IMG/VR virus record: IMGVR_UViG_2671180724_000008
Reading direction: 5' to 3' (one strand)
Source of the DNA: a virus
Taxonomy: Duplodnaviria > Heunggongvirae > Uroviricota > Caudoviricetes
DNA: 64,000 bases
The position numbers were made by a program, and so were the translations under genes. Under the pieces are notes generated by a model. That model worked only from the letters and a program-made list of their open reading frames with translations. It did not search any database and was not told where the DNA came from. Positions 9,651 to 18,871 of the stretch are shown piece by piece (positions within the stretch are counted from its first letter, which is position 1; each line of letters starts with the position of its first letter).

Positions 9651-9999
9651 TCTTCAGAGTCGTTTCTCGCTCTTGACGAGCGGGGTTTAGAGCACATAAA
9701 CCTGCACCTTCAAGAGATGCACCCACAATTAATTCTCCGGCATTTAAATGGAAAGTCGCTTTTTCGCCTGTAGCCAGTTTTGCGACAGTTTCGCCGTTGA
9801 TGAAAATGGAAGCATCACATCCAGCTCCTACAAAACCTGTGTCTCTCATTACCACCAACGTAGCTGGCGCTGCGCTTTGATACTTGAACACTTTGGCCTG
9901 CGGTGCTGGTTTGGCGTCATGGATTGATATTGGGCGTGATTGGCACGCGGTAAGCATCAACACTGGTAACGTTAGTAGAGGGAGAAGCGAGTATTTCAT
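9577..9999 (-). CDS. Lipoprotein
   Basis: Signal peptide with lipobox LTAC when started at MKYSLLPLL (9999). Confidence 0.55.
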   Translation of the reverse strand: MKYSLLPLLTLPVLMLTACQSRPISIHDAKPAPQAKVFKYQSAAPATLVVMRDTGFVGAGCDASIFINGETVAKLATGEKATFHLNAGELIVGASLEGAGLCALNPARQERETTLKNGDTKAFRVFTSNSGDIDILPTTL

Positions 10000-10067
10000 G
10001 ATAGTTTTAGAACAGAAAGTGAACAGTATGGGAGACTTCATCTTTGTCTCCCTAATTGATAGCGTGA

Positions 10068-10346
10068 TTATTTTAATCTGCTTAATAGCGTTTCGAGATC
10101 TTCCTTTGTCATATTAGAGTTCTCATAGATACGCATGATTTTCTCACGAGTCTTAGCGGAAGCCCCGACAGAAGATATAACCTTGTCAAAGTCGGCCATT
10201 GTCAATTGTTCCAGAATGGTATTTATGACTTCAGCCTTAGACATTTTGATATTTTTTTCTTTTAGTTTCACTTGAAACTTTCCAAGTTTGTCATTGGCCT
10301 TATCAGACAATGCTACCTGACAATAAGTTGTTTTCTTTTCGCTCAT
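10068..10346 (-). CDS. Hypothetical small protein
   Basis: 92-aa Lys-rich ORF directly upstream (in transcription order) of the 8736-9999 genes. Confidence 0.5.
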   Translation of the reverse strand: MSEKKTTYCQVALSDKANDKLGKFQVKLKEKNIKMSKAEVINTILEQLTMADFDKVISSVGASAKTREKIMRIYENSNMTKEDLETLLSRLK

Positions 10347-10348
10347 AA

Positions 10349-11908
10349 CTAATCTCGTTTCAGAACTCCAAAATCGAATGCTCCATCAATAGGCAATACA
10401 CCTTCTGCAAAGCCAGGTGTGGTGTCGATGATGTGTTTTCGCTCATAAGAGTGAGACAACAGGTATTTGTTGCTAATGTCAATGAAATCAGTGATAAAAC
10501 ACACGTTTGCCTGATTTTTTTTGGCTCGTAAGCCACGACCGACACGCTGCCTCATTTCAACTTCTGCTTTCCCACCACCAGCAAGAATGACCGCACCAAC
10601 GCTTGGCACATCAACACCGACATCCAGAATAGTCGAGCCTATTAAAACATCTATTTCTCCAGACGCTAAACTGTTCAGCTTTGCTTGCCTTGTCGCCTGG
10701 TTAGATTCCCCATAGATGAAGTCAACTCTAAGGCCGGACTCTTTCATCATTTCCATCAGGATTTGCCCGTGGCGTTTAAGACGAACCAGAGTCATACAAT
10801 TGAGAGAATGTTGCTTATAGAGCAATGCTTCGCGAACAATGGCCTCGTTACGTCCCAAATTATACACGATCCCCAACTGATAAGCCTTTTGGTAGGCGGT
10901 GCTCATACCAACTCTAAAATTGAGGTGTTTGTTGGCAAGTTCGGCCTTGATTCTGGCCTCGTCTGGCTTGTAGGCAACTTTATGATAAAGGAAGTACGGC
11001 TTTGCCAGAATGCCTCGATCAATCAGGTACTTTTCTGTGACTTTAATTTCAATTCGCCCGGCCACCGCCATCAGGCGCATGTTGGCTTCCGTCGAATCCT
11101 TCATGAACGGCGTGGCTGTAAGCGCCAGACGATAGTCTGCGTTCACACATAATCTGGCGATGTCATAGAAATTTGAGCCTGAAGACTCATGCGCCTCTTC
11201 CAGAATAAGAAGAGAGACACTTGAAAGGAAGCGTTTCACCAACTCCCGACGTTTGAGGTGGTAGCTTTTCTTATCTGGTGTTGCATCGCGTGGTGGTTCT
11301 TCGAGGAAACTTGCAAGAGTTTGAACTGTAGCGACGTTGATATGTCGTGATACCTGGAACTCACCCGAGCCAATGACTCCAACCTTTTGGTCTTTTAACC
11401 ACGGTTCGCCATTTTCGGCGCGGTAGTCGATGGATCTCTGGAAGTTTTCGGCCATTTGAAACATCAGAACAGAGCGGGTTGTTAAAAATAATGTCATTCG
11501 ACCGATACGTGCAGCTGCTTTGCAGGCAACGTTAGATTTCCCGCCACCAGTAGCGATCTGCGCAATCATCATTCCCTCTCGAACCAGTGTTTCCACAGTC
11601 TGATCCTGATACGCATAATCAGGATTGTATGGGAATGGGTTAACCGCCGGATTTGGTTTACCAAGCGCCGGGGCTTTGTCTTTGCGGATATGAACACATT
11701 TGATGCCCGCCTTGTTCAAGTTCGCCGCTACAGGCTTGGCAAAGCCAGCAGGGAACGAGTTTTTACTCCAGTTGAACATCGTGCTTGTGCCCTTCCAGTC
11801 GCCAGTCTCGACTTCGTAGCTCAACATTTGCTGCACCAGTTGCTTTACCTTGTCATCTGCGCCAGAAATAAGCGCATTTACTGCGTTAGATACAATCCGA
11901 ACAGTCAT
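10349..11908 (-). CDS. Superfamily-2 DEAD/DEAH-type DNA helicase
   Basis: Walker A ATGGGKS, DEAH-like LILEEAHE, LTATP motif III, C-terminal helicase domain with arginine-finger motif QRVGRGLR. Confidence 0.8.
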   Translation of the reverse strand: MTVRIVSNAVNALISGADDKVKQLVQQMLSYEVETGDWKGTSTMFNWSKNSFPAGFAKPVAANLNKAGIKCVHIRKDKAPALGKPNPAVNPFPYNPDYAYQDQTVETLVREGMMIAQIATGGGKSNVACKAAARIGRMTLFLTTRSVLMFQMAENFQRSIDYRAENGEPWLKDQKVGVIGSGEFQVSRHINVATVQTLASFLEEPPRDATPDKKSYHLKRRELVKRFLSSVSLLILEEAHESSGSNFYDIARLCVNADYRLALTATPFMKDSTEANMRLMAVAGRIEIKVTEKYLIDRGILAKPYFLYHKVAYKPDEARIKAELANKHLNFRVGMSTAYQKAYQLGIVYNLGRNEAIVREALLYKQHSLNCMTLVRLKRHGQILMEMMKESGLRVDFIYGESNQATRQAKLNSLASGEIDVLIGSTILDVGVDVPSVGAVILAGGGKAEVEMRQRVGRGLRAKKNQANVCFITDFIDISNKYLLSHSYERKHIIDTTPGFAEGVLPIDGAFDFGVLKRD

Positions 11909-11954
11909 AAACCTCTTTCCTTAGTGCCTTTTGTATGTTATTTGGCTATTATAA

Positions 11955-11972
11955 TAAGTAAGTGATTACTTA
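11955..11972. promoter_or_regulatory. TAAGTA-N6-TACTTA palindrome in divergent promoter region
   Basis: taagtaagtgattactta between the minus-strand helicase start and the plus-strand ParB-like gene. Confidence 0.5.
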
Positions 11973-11990
11973 GTGGATTGTAGCAATAAA

Positions 11991-12671
11991 ATGGATGTAA
12001 AAATCACGATTTTGCAGGTTGATGTTGCCAACCTTCGCCCGAATACCTGGAACACCAATTCGGTTGGTGCGCAGAATTTTGAAAAACTGAAAGGTTCTAT
12101 CGAAAAATTGGGCTTTTTTAAGCCAATTTTGGCTCGTGAACTTGAAGATGGATTTTTTGAAATCCTCGGCGGCGAACATCGCTGGCGTGCTGCTATTGAG
12201 CAAGGAATTTCAACGGTTCCGGTGCTTTCTGTGGGCAAAATTAGCGATGTCGTAGCTAAACAGATGTCACTGGTGGACAACGAGCGATACGGTGAAGACG
12301 ACCAAATCGCATTGCAACGCTTCATTGAAGAAATTCAGTCAGAACTTGACTATCAACTGTCTGAAATCGCCCCGTATGACGACGAAATCTCGATGGTTTT
12401 AGCAAAAGAGGCGGCAATCGACCTTGAAGCACTGGAGGCGTTGTCTCGTGGTAGTGATGAGCCTGTCGATACCGACAAACGAGAGAAAACCGAACGTGTG
12501 GGTGCGGAACATCAGACCATGCGCTTCAAAGTAACTTTCGATGCGTCAGATCGTGTTGCAGAAACCATAAAAAACATCATCAAAGAGCAGGCTATTAACA
12601 CCGGTAATGAAATGGAGAACGCTGGTGAGGCTCTGGTGTGGCTGGTCGACTACTACAAGGAGCGTATGTAA
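11991..12671 (+). CDS. ParB-like nuclease domain protein 1
   Basis: ParB N-terminal domain signature ILGGEHRWRAA; acidic C-terminus; alternative GTG start at 11973. Confidence 0.7.
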   Translation: MDVKITILQVDVANLRPNTWNTNSVGAQNFEKLKGSIEKLGFFKPILARELEDGFFEILGGEHRWRAAIEQGISTVPVLSVGKISDVVAKQMSLVDNERYGEDDQIALQRFIEEIQSELDYQLSEIAPYDDEISMVLAKEAAIDLEALEALSRGSDEPVDTDKREKTERVGAEHQTMRFKVTFDASDRVAETIKNIIKEQAINTGNEMENAGEALVWLVDYYKERM

Positions 12672-13339
12672 TGACCAAAAAGTTTGAAATCGTATATCGC
12701 GACCCGGCAGATCTTATTCCCTATGAGATGAATGCCAAAAAGCATGATGAACAGCAGATCCGAGATCTAGCCGCAGCCATTAAAAAGCGCGGATTTGACC
12801 AGCCAATTACGGTCGATAAGAACGACGTAATTATTACTGGCCACGGCCGCCGTGAGGCTGCAATTTTTGCTGGACTTGAGCGCGTACCGGTTATTGTTCG
12901 CGATGATCTCAGTGATGACGAGGTTCGTGCGAAGCGCCTTGAAGATAACCGACTTGCCAGCATTGATTACGATGCAATTAAGCTACAGAAAGAGCTTGAG
13001 TCGCTTGTTCTGGACGATATCGAGGTTTTCGGCTTTGAAGAGCGTGAGTTGAATGTTCTCGTTGGCAGTATGACAGAAGAAATGGACACCGACTCGCTAG
13101 TTATCGATCTTGGCGAAGAAACTAAACGACAGAAGGATGAACACACCGAGATCAGTCGTGAAGTTGCAGCGGAAGAAGTACGTGTTGTCGACGTATTGGG
13201 CTTTAAAACGCTCCCTGCTGGCTCTGCCATTGTTGTTGGTGATTTGCTTGCCCACATGGAAGAAATGACGGGAGAAAGCGGGGTAGACGCATTTGTGGCA
13301 TATGCGGAGAAGATCTCTTCCGGGGAGATGGCTGCATGA
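12671..13339 (+). CDS. ParB-like nuclease domain protein 2
   Basis: ITGHGRREAA motif; aaggag RBS; ATG overlaps upstream stop (taATG). Confidence 0.7.
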   Translation: MTKKFEIVYRDPADLIPYEMNAKKHDEQQIRDLAAAIKKRGFDQPITVDKNDVIITGHGRREAAIFAGLERVPVIVRDDLSDDEVRAKRLEDNRLASIDYDAIKLQKELESLVLDDIEVFGFEERELNVLVGSMTEEMDTDSLVIDLGEETKRQKDEHTEISREVAAEEVRVVDVLGFKTLPAGSAIVVGDLLAHMEEMTGESGVDAFVAYAEKISSGEMAA

Positions 13340-14001
13340 GCAAATACATCATCAACGTATCGTTTCAGACACGCGTAAATAAAACCACGCGCACGTTGGA
13401 AATCGCTGAGTCGTTCGGGCTTGGCCTGGACGAAAAAGAGTGGACGCTTTACGACAATCTGGAGCTGGAAGTGAAGCAGGGCGATGTGGTGTACATCACC
13501 GGCCAATCCGGTTCCGGCAAATCCGTTGTGCTGCGCGAGTTGCAACGACAGATGAAGGATGAAGGGCTGTCTGTAGCCTCCATCGATGATTTTACCTTCG
13601 ATAATGAGGTTAACGTCATCGATCAGTTGGGCAAAACGACCAGTGATGCGCTTGGGTTGTTATCTATGGCTGGTCTGAACGATGCATATCTGTTTGTTCG
13701 CAAGCCTTCTGAAATGTCAGACGGCCAGAAATATCGTCTCAAGATTGCCAAACTGATTGAGTCAGGCGCTAAAGTGTGGGCTGCTGACGAGTTCGGCGCT
13801 GTTCTCGACCGTGTAACCGCTCAGGTTGTGGCGTCTAACCTCCAGCGTGCCGCTCGAAAGGTTGGTGCGACGGTAATGGTGGCGACGACTCACGAAGACC
13901 TGAAGAACGCGCTGCGCCCGGATATGCAGATCACCAAGCACTACAAAGAACGCGTGAAGGTGGAATATCACAATGGTAGTCACGATGAGGTCCATTCATG
14001 A
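13336..14001 (+). CDS. Small ABC-type/P-loop ATPase
   Basis: Walker A GQSGSGKS, signature-like SDGQKYRLKIA, Walker B VWAADEFG; ATGA overlap with upstream gene. Confidence 0.65.
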   Translation: MSKYIINVSFQTRVNKTTRTLEIAESFGLGLDEKEWTLYDNLELEVKQGDVVYITGQSGSGKSVVLRELQRQMKDEGLSVASIDDFTFDNEVNVIDQLGKTTSDALGLLSMAGLNDAYLFVRKPSEMSDGQKYRLKIAKLIESGAKVWAADEFGAVLDRVTAQVVASNLQRAARKVGATVMVATTHEDLKNALRPDMQITKHYKERVKVEYHNGSHDEVHS

Positions 14002-14888
14002 CGGACATCATCATTAAACGCTACCGCCCTGAAGAGTTTCCGCGTCATCTGGACTTTCTGGAGCGAATGACTGTTACAAAGGGAACTGTAGAGGACTGGC
14101 ACGCTCTTAAGTCGCTTCACTACAAAACAGACGGCAAACCTTTCGCGCCAACTTACTATCGCTGCGAACTTGATGACCGTCTGGTGGGCGTCGTGGTTAT
14201 GGCTTACCCGAAACTACTGTTGGCACCTCGCCACCGCATGTTTCCTAAGTTGAAACCAACCACTAATACCACCGTGGCTAACCAGTACTGGGGTCGGTAC
14301 GTGAATAACAACTTTGCGGTGATCAGTCGCTCAGTTGTGGATACTCAGTATCGTGGCGTAGGCGTCTCTTATCGAATGATTAACCTGGTTAGCAGGATGC
14401 ATGACCGGCCAATCATTGAGATCCAGTCCTCGATGAGCAAATACAATCCCTTCGCCATGAAAGCAGGGTTTAAGTTCATCCGCCCTGAGCGACCGAAGAG
14501 CTATGAAAGTGCACTGCGTGTATTCCAGCGCCATTTCCGTTCCGACCCGGGTGATAACGAGGCGATCGTCAAAGAGTTGTTCGCAATGAGCGAGTCTCGT
14601 CGTCGCCGTGCACTGCGTGATCTGGTGGCGGACTACCACAAGAACAGTTCCCTGGCAAAAGCTGGGCGGAATCGTGGCACGACGATTCAGGACATTGCCG
14701 ACAGTCTGGTGGACGAGGCCAGCATTGTGAAGTTGCTCAAGGACATTCACAACCTGAGCTTTACGTCTCCGTTGTATGGGGTGTATCGAAACCCTGACTT
14801 TGGTCGTCGACTGCCTGACACGCTGCCACTGCTGGCATTCGACAAACAACCTTTGGATAAACCGTTAGAAATTGCTTTACCGGCATAA
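13998..14888 (+). CDS. GNAT-like (acetyltransferase-fold) protein with basic C-terminal extension
   Basis: YRGVGVSYRMINLV resembles the GNAT acetyl-CoA-binding motif; ATGA overlap with upstream ATPase. Confidence 0.45.
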   Translation: MTDIIIKRYRPEEFPRHLDFLERMTVTKGTVEDWHALKSLHYKTDGKPFAPTYYRCELDDRLVGVVVMAYPKLLLAPRHRMFPKLKPTTNTTVANQYWGRYVNNNFAVISRSVVDTQYRGVGVSYRMINLVSRMHDRPIIEIQSSMSKYNPFAMKAGFKFIRPERPKSYESALRVFQRHFRSDPGDNEAIVKELFAMSESRRRRALRDLVADYHKNSSLAKAGRNRGTTIQDIADSLVDEASIVKLLKDIHNLSFTSPLYGVYRNPDFGRRLPDTLPLLAFDKQPLDKPLEIALPA

Positions 14889-14897
14889 GGATTTGCC

Positions 14898-15164
14898 ATG
14901 ACGTTAACCGATAAACAAAAGGACATCATCAAAACGCTCAATCTCGGTTATGAGCGAGGTCATCTACTTGATCTGGACGAATTGCTTGAAGTTTTGCCGT
15001 ACAAGACAACCAAGCAAAGTATCCAGTTCTCAATTCGCGCTCTGATAAAAAAGGGGCTTGTGGAGAAAGGGCATACGCGCCAACGCAGTGACAATCGCTA
15101 TCACCGCCGAACTCTTGGGTTAACCACTTTAGGTCGAGCCAAAGCGAAGTTACTGGTGATGTAA
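14898..15164 (+). CDS. Small winged-helix DNA-binding protein
   Basis: 88 aa; ALIKKGLVEK-type wHTH segment; basic C-terminus. Confidence 0.5.
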   Translation: MTLTDKQKDIIKTLNLGYERGHLLDLDELLEVLPYKTTKQSIQFSIRALIKKGLVEKGHTRQRSDNRYHRRTLGLTTLGRAKAKLLVM

Positions 15165-15188
15165 TCGGTCTGGGAGCTTATTTAAAGA

Positions 15189-15243
15189 CCTGCTTCTGTA
15201 TATATAAATAATAAGTAACTTATTAAATATATACGGAAGCAGG
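15189..15243. repeat. 55-bp composite palindrome, copy 1 (17-bp GC-anchored arms cctgcttcYgtatatat around an AT-rich core containing aataagtaacttatt)
   Basis: Read directly; second copy at 47394-47448 in inverted orientation judged by flank match gtcttt(t)aaa. Confidence 0.85.
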
Positions 15244-15279
15244 CTTAATAAGACATGCCCAGACCTAATTAAACAACCC

Positions 15280-15322
15280 AGAAAACAAGTTGGTTAGAAA
15301 ATGCAGTAAACAAGTTGTTTTA
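15280..15322 (+). promoter_or_regulatory. Two operator motifs (agaaaacaagttggtta; gtaaacaagttgtttta) upstream of the terminase operon
   Basis: Members of the GAAAACAA..TTGTTT family. Confidence 0.5.
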
Positions 15323-15360
15323 GAGCGCATGGACGCGCTCTGTGTGTTTTAGAGGGATCT

Positions 15361-15993
15361 ATGACGGTCGAAAAAGACGAGGTAAAAACTCGCCTGACAC
15401 CAGCGGAGTGGGCCGAAGCTGAAGCCAAATGGACGTCAGGCGAATATACACTCTCAAAGCTGGAGGAAGAGTACGGCATTCGTCGTGAAACACTCTCCAG
15501 ACATTTCAAAAAGCGAGGATTAGAGAAAGGCGCGGACTCTGTTGGGAAGATGGTTCGTGAGTCTCTTAAATCTGACGCAGAGCTTCGCGCTAAAGCCCGT
15601 GCGGAAAAGATAGAAGAACGTCGTACACGTTATGACGGCTGGGCGTATGCGTTGGGGCAGATGGTGATGGTCGAAGTCACTACGGCCAAACGTGAGGGTA
15701 AGCCTTTAGGGGCGATTGAGGATTCTCTCAAGAGCTTACAGAGAGCCAGTAATACCCTTGCAAAATGCTTTGAAGTTTCGTCCAAAGCATTGGGCATGGA
15801 TCATGCGGAAAATGACGAGGAAGAAATTCCGAACCTGGTATTTGGTGAGCTTACGCCTTCCCAGGTGGCGAAATTACGTCAGGAAGACGACGAGCCTGAA
15901 ATCATCGATGACGAATTGCTTGAGACGTTGGAAGAAGAAGCTCTAAGCGAATTTGATGCGACAGATGATGGAAGTGAAGGGGAGGACGAATAA
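15361..15993 (+). CDS. Terminase small subunit (putative)
   Basis: Position directly upstream of large terminase; basic N-terminal half, highly acidic C-terminus. Confidence 0.6.
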   Translation: MTVEKDEVKTRLTPAEWAEAEAKWTSGEYTLSKLEEEYGIRRETLSRHFKKRGLEKGADSVGKMVRESLKSDAELRAKARAEKIEERRTRYDGWAYALGQMVMVEVTTAKREGKPLGAIEDSLKSLQRASNTLAKCFEVSSKALGMDHAENDEEEIPNLVFGELTPSQVAKLRQEDDEPEIIDDELLETLEEEALSEFDATDDGSEGEDE

Positions 15994-17249
15994 TGGCAAT
16001 CCCGTCCTCGCTCAGTCTTGTGCAACTGCATTCTGGACAGATGAAAGTCTTCCAGTCTCCGCATCGATTTAAAGTTGTTTGTGCTGGTCGACGCTGGGGA
16101 AAATCCCGGTTGTCGATCTCCACTATTATTCGTGCGGCGGCAAAGGAAAAAAAGCAAAGGGTCTGGTATGTCGCTCCTACTTACCAGATGGCTCGCCAGA
16201 TTTTGTGGGACGATCTACAGGAAGTTCTGCCTCGTAAGTGGGTTAGGAAAAAGAACGACACCACGATGACAATCGTGTTGAAGAACGGTTCGGAGATCGC
16301 CCTCAAAGGTGCTGATAAGCCTGACACTCTGCGCGGCGTAGCGTTGCATTTTGTAGTGCTTGATGAATTTCAGGATATGAAGGCTGACACCTGGTACAAG
16401 GTGTTACGACCTACTCTTTCATCGACACGCGGCGGTGCACTTATCATTGGTACGCCAAAAGGTTTCTCGGAATTTCACAAACTGTGGACTATAGGCCAGA
16501 ACGTAGAGCTGCAAAGAAAGGGACAGTGGAAGAGCTGGCAGTTTGTAACTGCCGATTCTCCGTTTGTGCCTACGGCGGAAATTGAAGCTGCTAAGAACGA
16601 TATGGACCCGAAATCGTTCGCTCAGGAGTACCTGGCGAGCTTTGAGAACATGTCCGGGCGCGTTTACTACCCGTTCGATCGTAACGTGCATGTAAAACCG
16701 CTTCAGTTCAACCCTCGGTTGCCTATATGGGTAGGGCAGGACTTCAACATTGACCCGATGTCTTCAGTAATTTTGCAACCTCAGCCAAATGGTGAGCTAT
16801 GGGCAATTGATGAATTGGTGCTCTTTTCCTCTAACACGGCAGAGGTTTGTGATGAGCTTGAGAGACGCTTCTGGCGCTGGAAATCACAGATAACGGTATT
16901 TCCAGATCCGGCAGGTGCTTATCGCCAACATGCTCGCGGGGAGTCTGACGTCGACATATTCAAAGAGAAGGGATTCTTACGTGTCGATTATTCGAAAAAG
17001 CACCCGCCAATTGCGGATCGTGTTAATGCTGTTAACCGAATGCTGATGACCGCATCTGGAGATATCCGGTTGTATATCGATCCGAAGTGCAAGCATTTGA
17101 TTGATTCACTGGAAAAAGTCATCTACAAGCCTGGAACACGAGATATGGATAAGACAGGTGGCATTGAGCATAGTGCAGACGCATTGGGCTATCCAGTACA
17201 TCGTAGGTATCCAGTCAAAAACCGTGTTATTCTTGGTGGTTCTCGATAG
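15993..17249 (+). CDS. Terminase large subunit
   Basis: Walker A CAGRRWGKS, Walker B VVLDEF, C-terminal nuclease-type acidic residues; ATGG overlap with TerS stop. Confidence 0.85.
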   Translation: MAIPSSLSLVQLHSGQMKVFQSPHRFKVVCAGRRWGKSRLSISTIIRAAAKEKKQRVWYVAPTYQMARQILWDDLQEVLPRKWVRKKNDTTMTIVLKNGSEIALKGADKPDTLRGVALHFVVLDEFQDMKADTWYKVLRPTLSSTRGGALIIGTPKGFSEFHKLWTIGQNVELQRKGQWKSWQFVTADSPFVPTAEIEAAKNDMDPKSFAQEYLASFENMSGRVYYPFDRNVHVKPLQFNPRLPIWVGQDFNIDPMSSVILQPQPNGELWAIDELVLFSSNTAEVCDELERRFWRWKSQITVFPDPAGAYRQHARGESDVDIFKEKGFLRVDYSKKHPPIADRVNAVNRMLMTASGDIRLYIDPKCKHLIDSLEKVIYKPGTRDMDKTGGIEHSADALGYPVHRRYPVKNRVILGGSR

Positions 17250-17275
17250 GTAAGTAATTATCTAAGGTTATTCAA

Positions 17276-18850
17276 ATGGAATTGAACGACAAACAAATTA
17301 AGGATCTGGTGGCGCGACGCCACCCGGAATACGAAAAGAAAAAAGAACATTGGGACTTCCTCGCCAGCACTTACGCTGGCGGGCGTGGTTGGTTTACAGA
17401 CAATATCTTTCGTTACTTTAAAGAGGGAGATCAGGAGTTTAAGGAGCGAGTTGAGCGTGCTTATCGCTTCAACCACACTCGTGAGGTGGTAAACCTCATC
17501 AACAAATATCTCTTTAAAGAAGACATTCATAGAAATATCGAAGAGGCACCAGAGCAGATCCGCAATTTCTGGAAACGTGCGACTCGCCAGAATGCCTCTA
17601 TTGACTCATTTATGGCCGCTATTGATTTGCAGTCGTCTATTTACGGTCGCATATGGGTTGTTGTCGATAGCACGATGAGTGGTGATGTTGAGTCAGTAGC
17701 TGACGAGAAAAAGAAAGATGCTCGCGCCTACGCCTACTGGATTTCACCTCAGCAAATGCTGGATGTGGCATGGGACGACGACGGGAATATGTTGTGGGCG
17801 TTAATTGTGGAAGTCGCTCGTGATGACGCAGATCCTTTTACTTCTACAGGTCAGGAATACCAACGTTATCGTCTGTGGACACAAAACGAGTGGTATCTGT
17901 TCCGTGAGGAAGTGAAGAAGGGCGCTGGTGGAGCAGGTCGCCGTCAGGCAAAAGTTATTTTAGAGGATAGCGGTGAGCATAATCTCGGCGTAGTTCCTGT
18001 GTTTCCTGTTGATTGTATTGGAGAAAGTGAATCACCGTATTTCAGCCCATCGTTGATCGATGATATCGCTTATCTTGATCGTGCGGTTGCAAACTATCTG
18101 TCAAACCTTGATGCCATTATTCAGGATCAGACATTTAGCCAGTTGGCTATACCGGTACAGTCGCTTTTACCTGGTGATGAAAACCACACTAAAGTGCTTG
18201 AAATGGGCACAAAGCGAGTCTTCACCTACGATTCTGAAGGTGGAAACCAGCCGTTTTATTTGTCACCAGACCCGAAACAAGCTCAGATGATCATCACTAC
18301 GATTAAGACGGTGATTAACGAAATCTACCATTCAGTTGGTGTCGCTGGTGAGCGAACGAAGCAGGACAACGCACAGGGAATTGATAACTCATCTGGTGCC
18401 GCAAAAATGTATGACTTCCAGCGTGTAAATAGCTTGCTTGTCACAAAAGCAGAGCGTCTGGAAAGGGCTGAACGCCAAATCATGCTACTGGTTGCGAAAT
18501 GGATGGGGGTAGATCTGGACGAAGACCACTCTTTAATTGCGTATCCAGAAAGTTTCGATATTCGTGGCCTTACAGATGAATTTTCTGTTGCCGAGAAACT
18601 GTCATTACTTCAGGCACCGGACTCTGTACGTCGTCACCAGATGGAAATGCTTATTGAGAAGATTTTCCCGAACATTACTGAGGCGATGAAAAAGGAATTT
18701 GATAAAGATCTCTTGAATTTTCCGCCAAAAAATGATCTAAATACCCTTGAAAATAAGTCAGTACTTACTTATGATCGTGGTGCAGCCCAAGAAAGCGGGC
18801 AAGATCAACCCCGAGGGAATGGGGACTCATCTACTCAAGAGAACGAGTGA
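17276..18850 (+). CDS. Portal protein
   Basis: 524 aa, immediately after terminase; size and position typical. Confidence 0.75.
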   Translation: MELNDKQIKDLVARRHPEYEKKKEHWDFLASTYAGGRGWFTDNIFRYFKEGDQEFKERVERAYRFNHTREVVNLINKYLFKEDIHRNIEEAPEQIRNFWKRATRQNASIDSFMAAIDLQSSIYGRIWVVVDSTMSGDVESVADEKKKDARAYAYWISPQQMLDVAWDDDGNMLWALIVEVARDDADPFTSTGQEYQRYRLWTQNEWYLFREEVKKGAGGAGRRQAKVILEDSGEHNLGVVPVFPVDCIGESESPYFSPSLIDDIAYLDRAVANYLSNLDAIIQDQTFSQLAIPVQSLLPGDENHTKVLEMGTKRVFTYDSEGGNQPFYLSPDPKQAQMIITTIKTVINEIYHSVGVAGERTKQDNAQGIDNSSGAAKMYDFQRVNSLLVTKAERLERAERQIMLLVAKWMGVDLDEDHSLIAYPESFDIRGLTDEFSVAEKLSLLQAPDSVRRHQMEMLIEKIFPNITEAMKKEFDKDLLNFPPKNDLNTLENKSVLTYDRGAAQESGQDQPRGNGDSSTQENE

Positions 18851-18871
18851 TAAGTAACAAAGGGAATTTTT

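Noticed and set aside
10360-11152. Short ORFs on both strands inside the helicase gene (10360-10545, 10521-10715, 10685-11152)
   Set aside because: Overlap a helicase ORF with intact Walker A, DEAH-like and motif VI-like sequences; no start signals.
15189-15243. 55-bp palindrome as a simple rho-independent terminator
   Set aside because: Not excluded, but the stem is long, its inner part is AT-rich with a 21-nt loop, and copy 1 has no upstream gene transcribed toward it on the strand carrying the T-run; kept as an open finding rather than annotated as a terminator.
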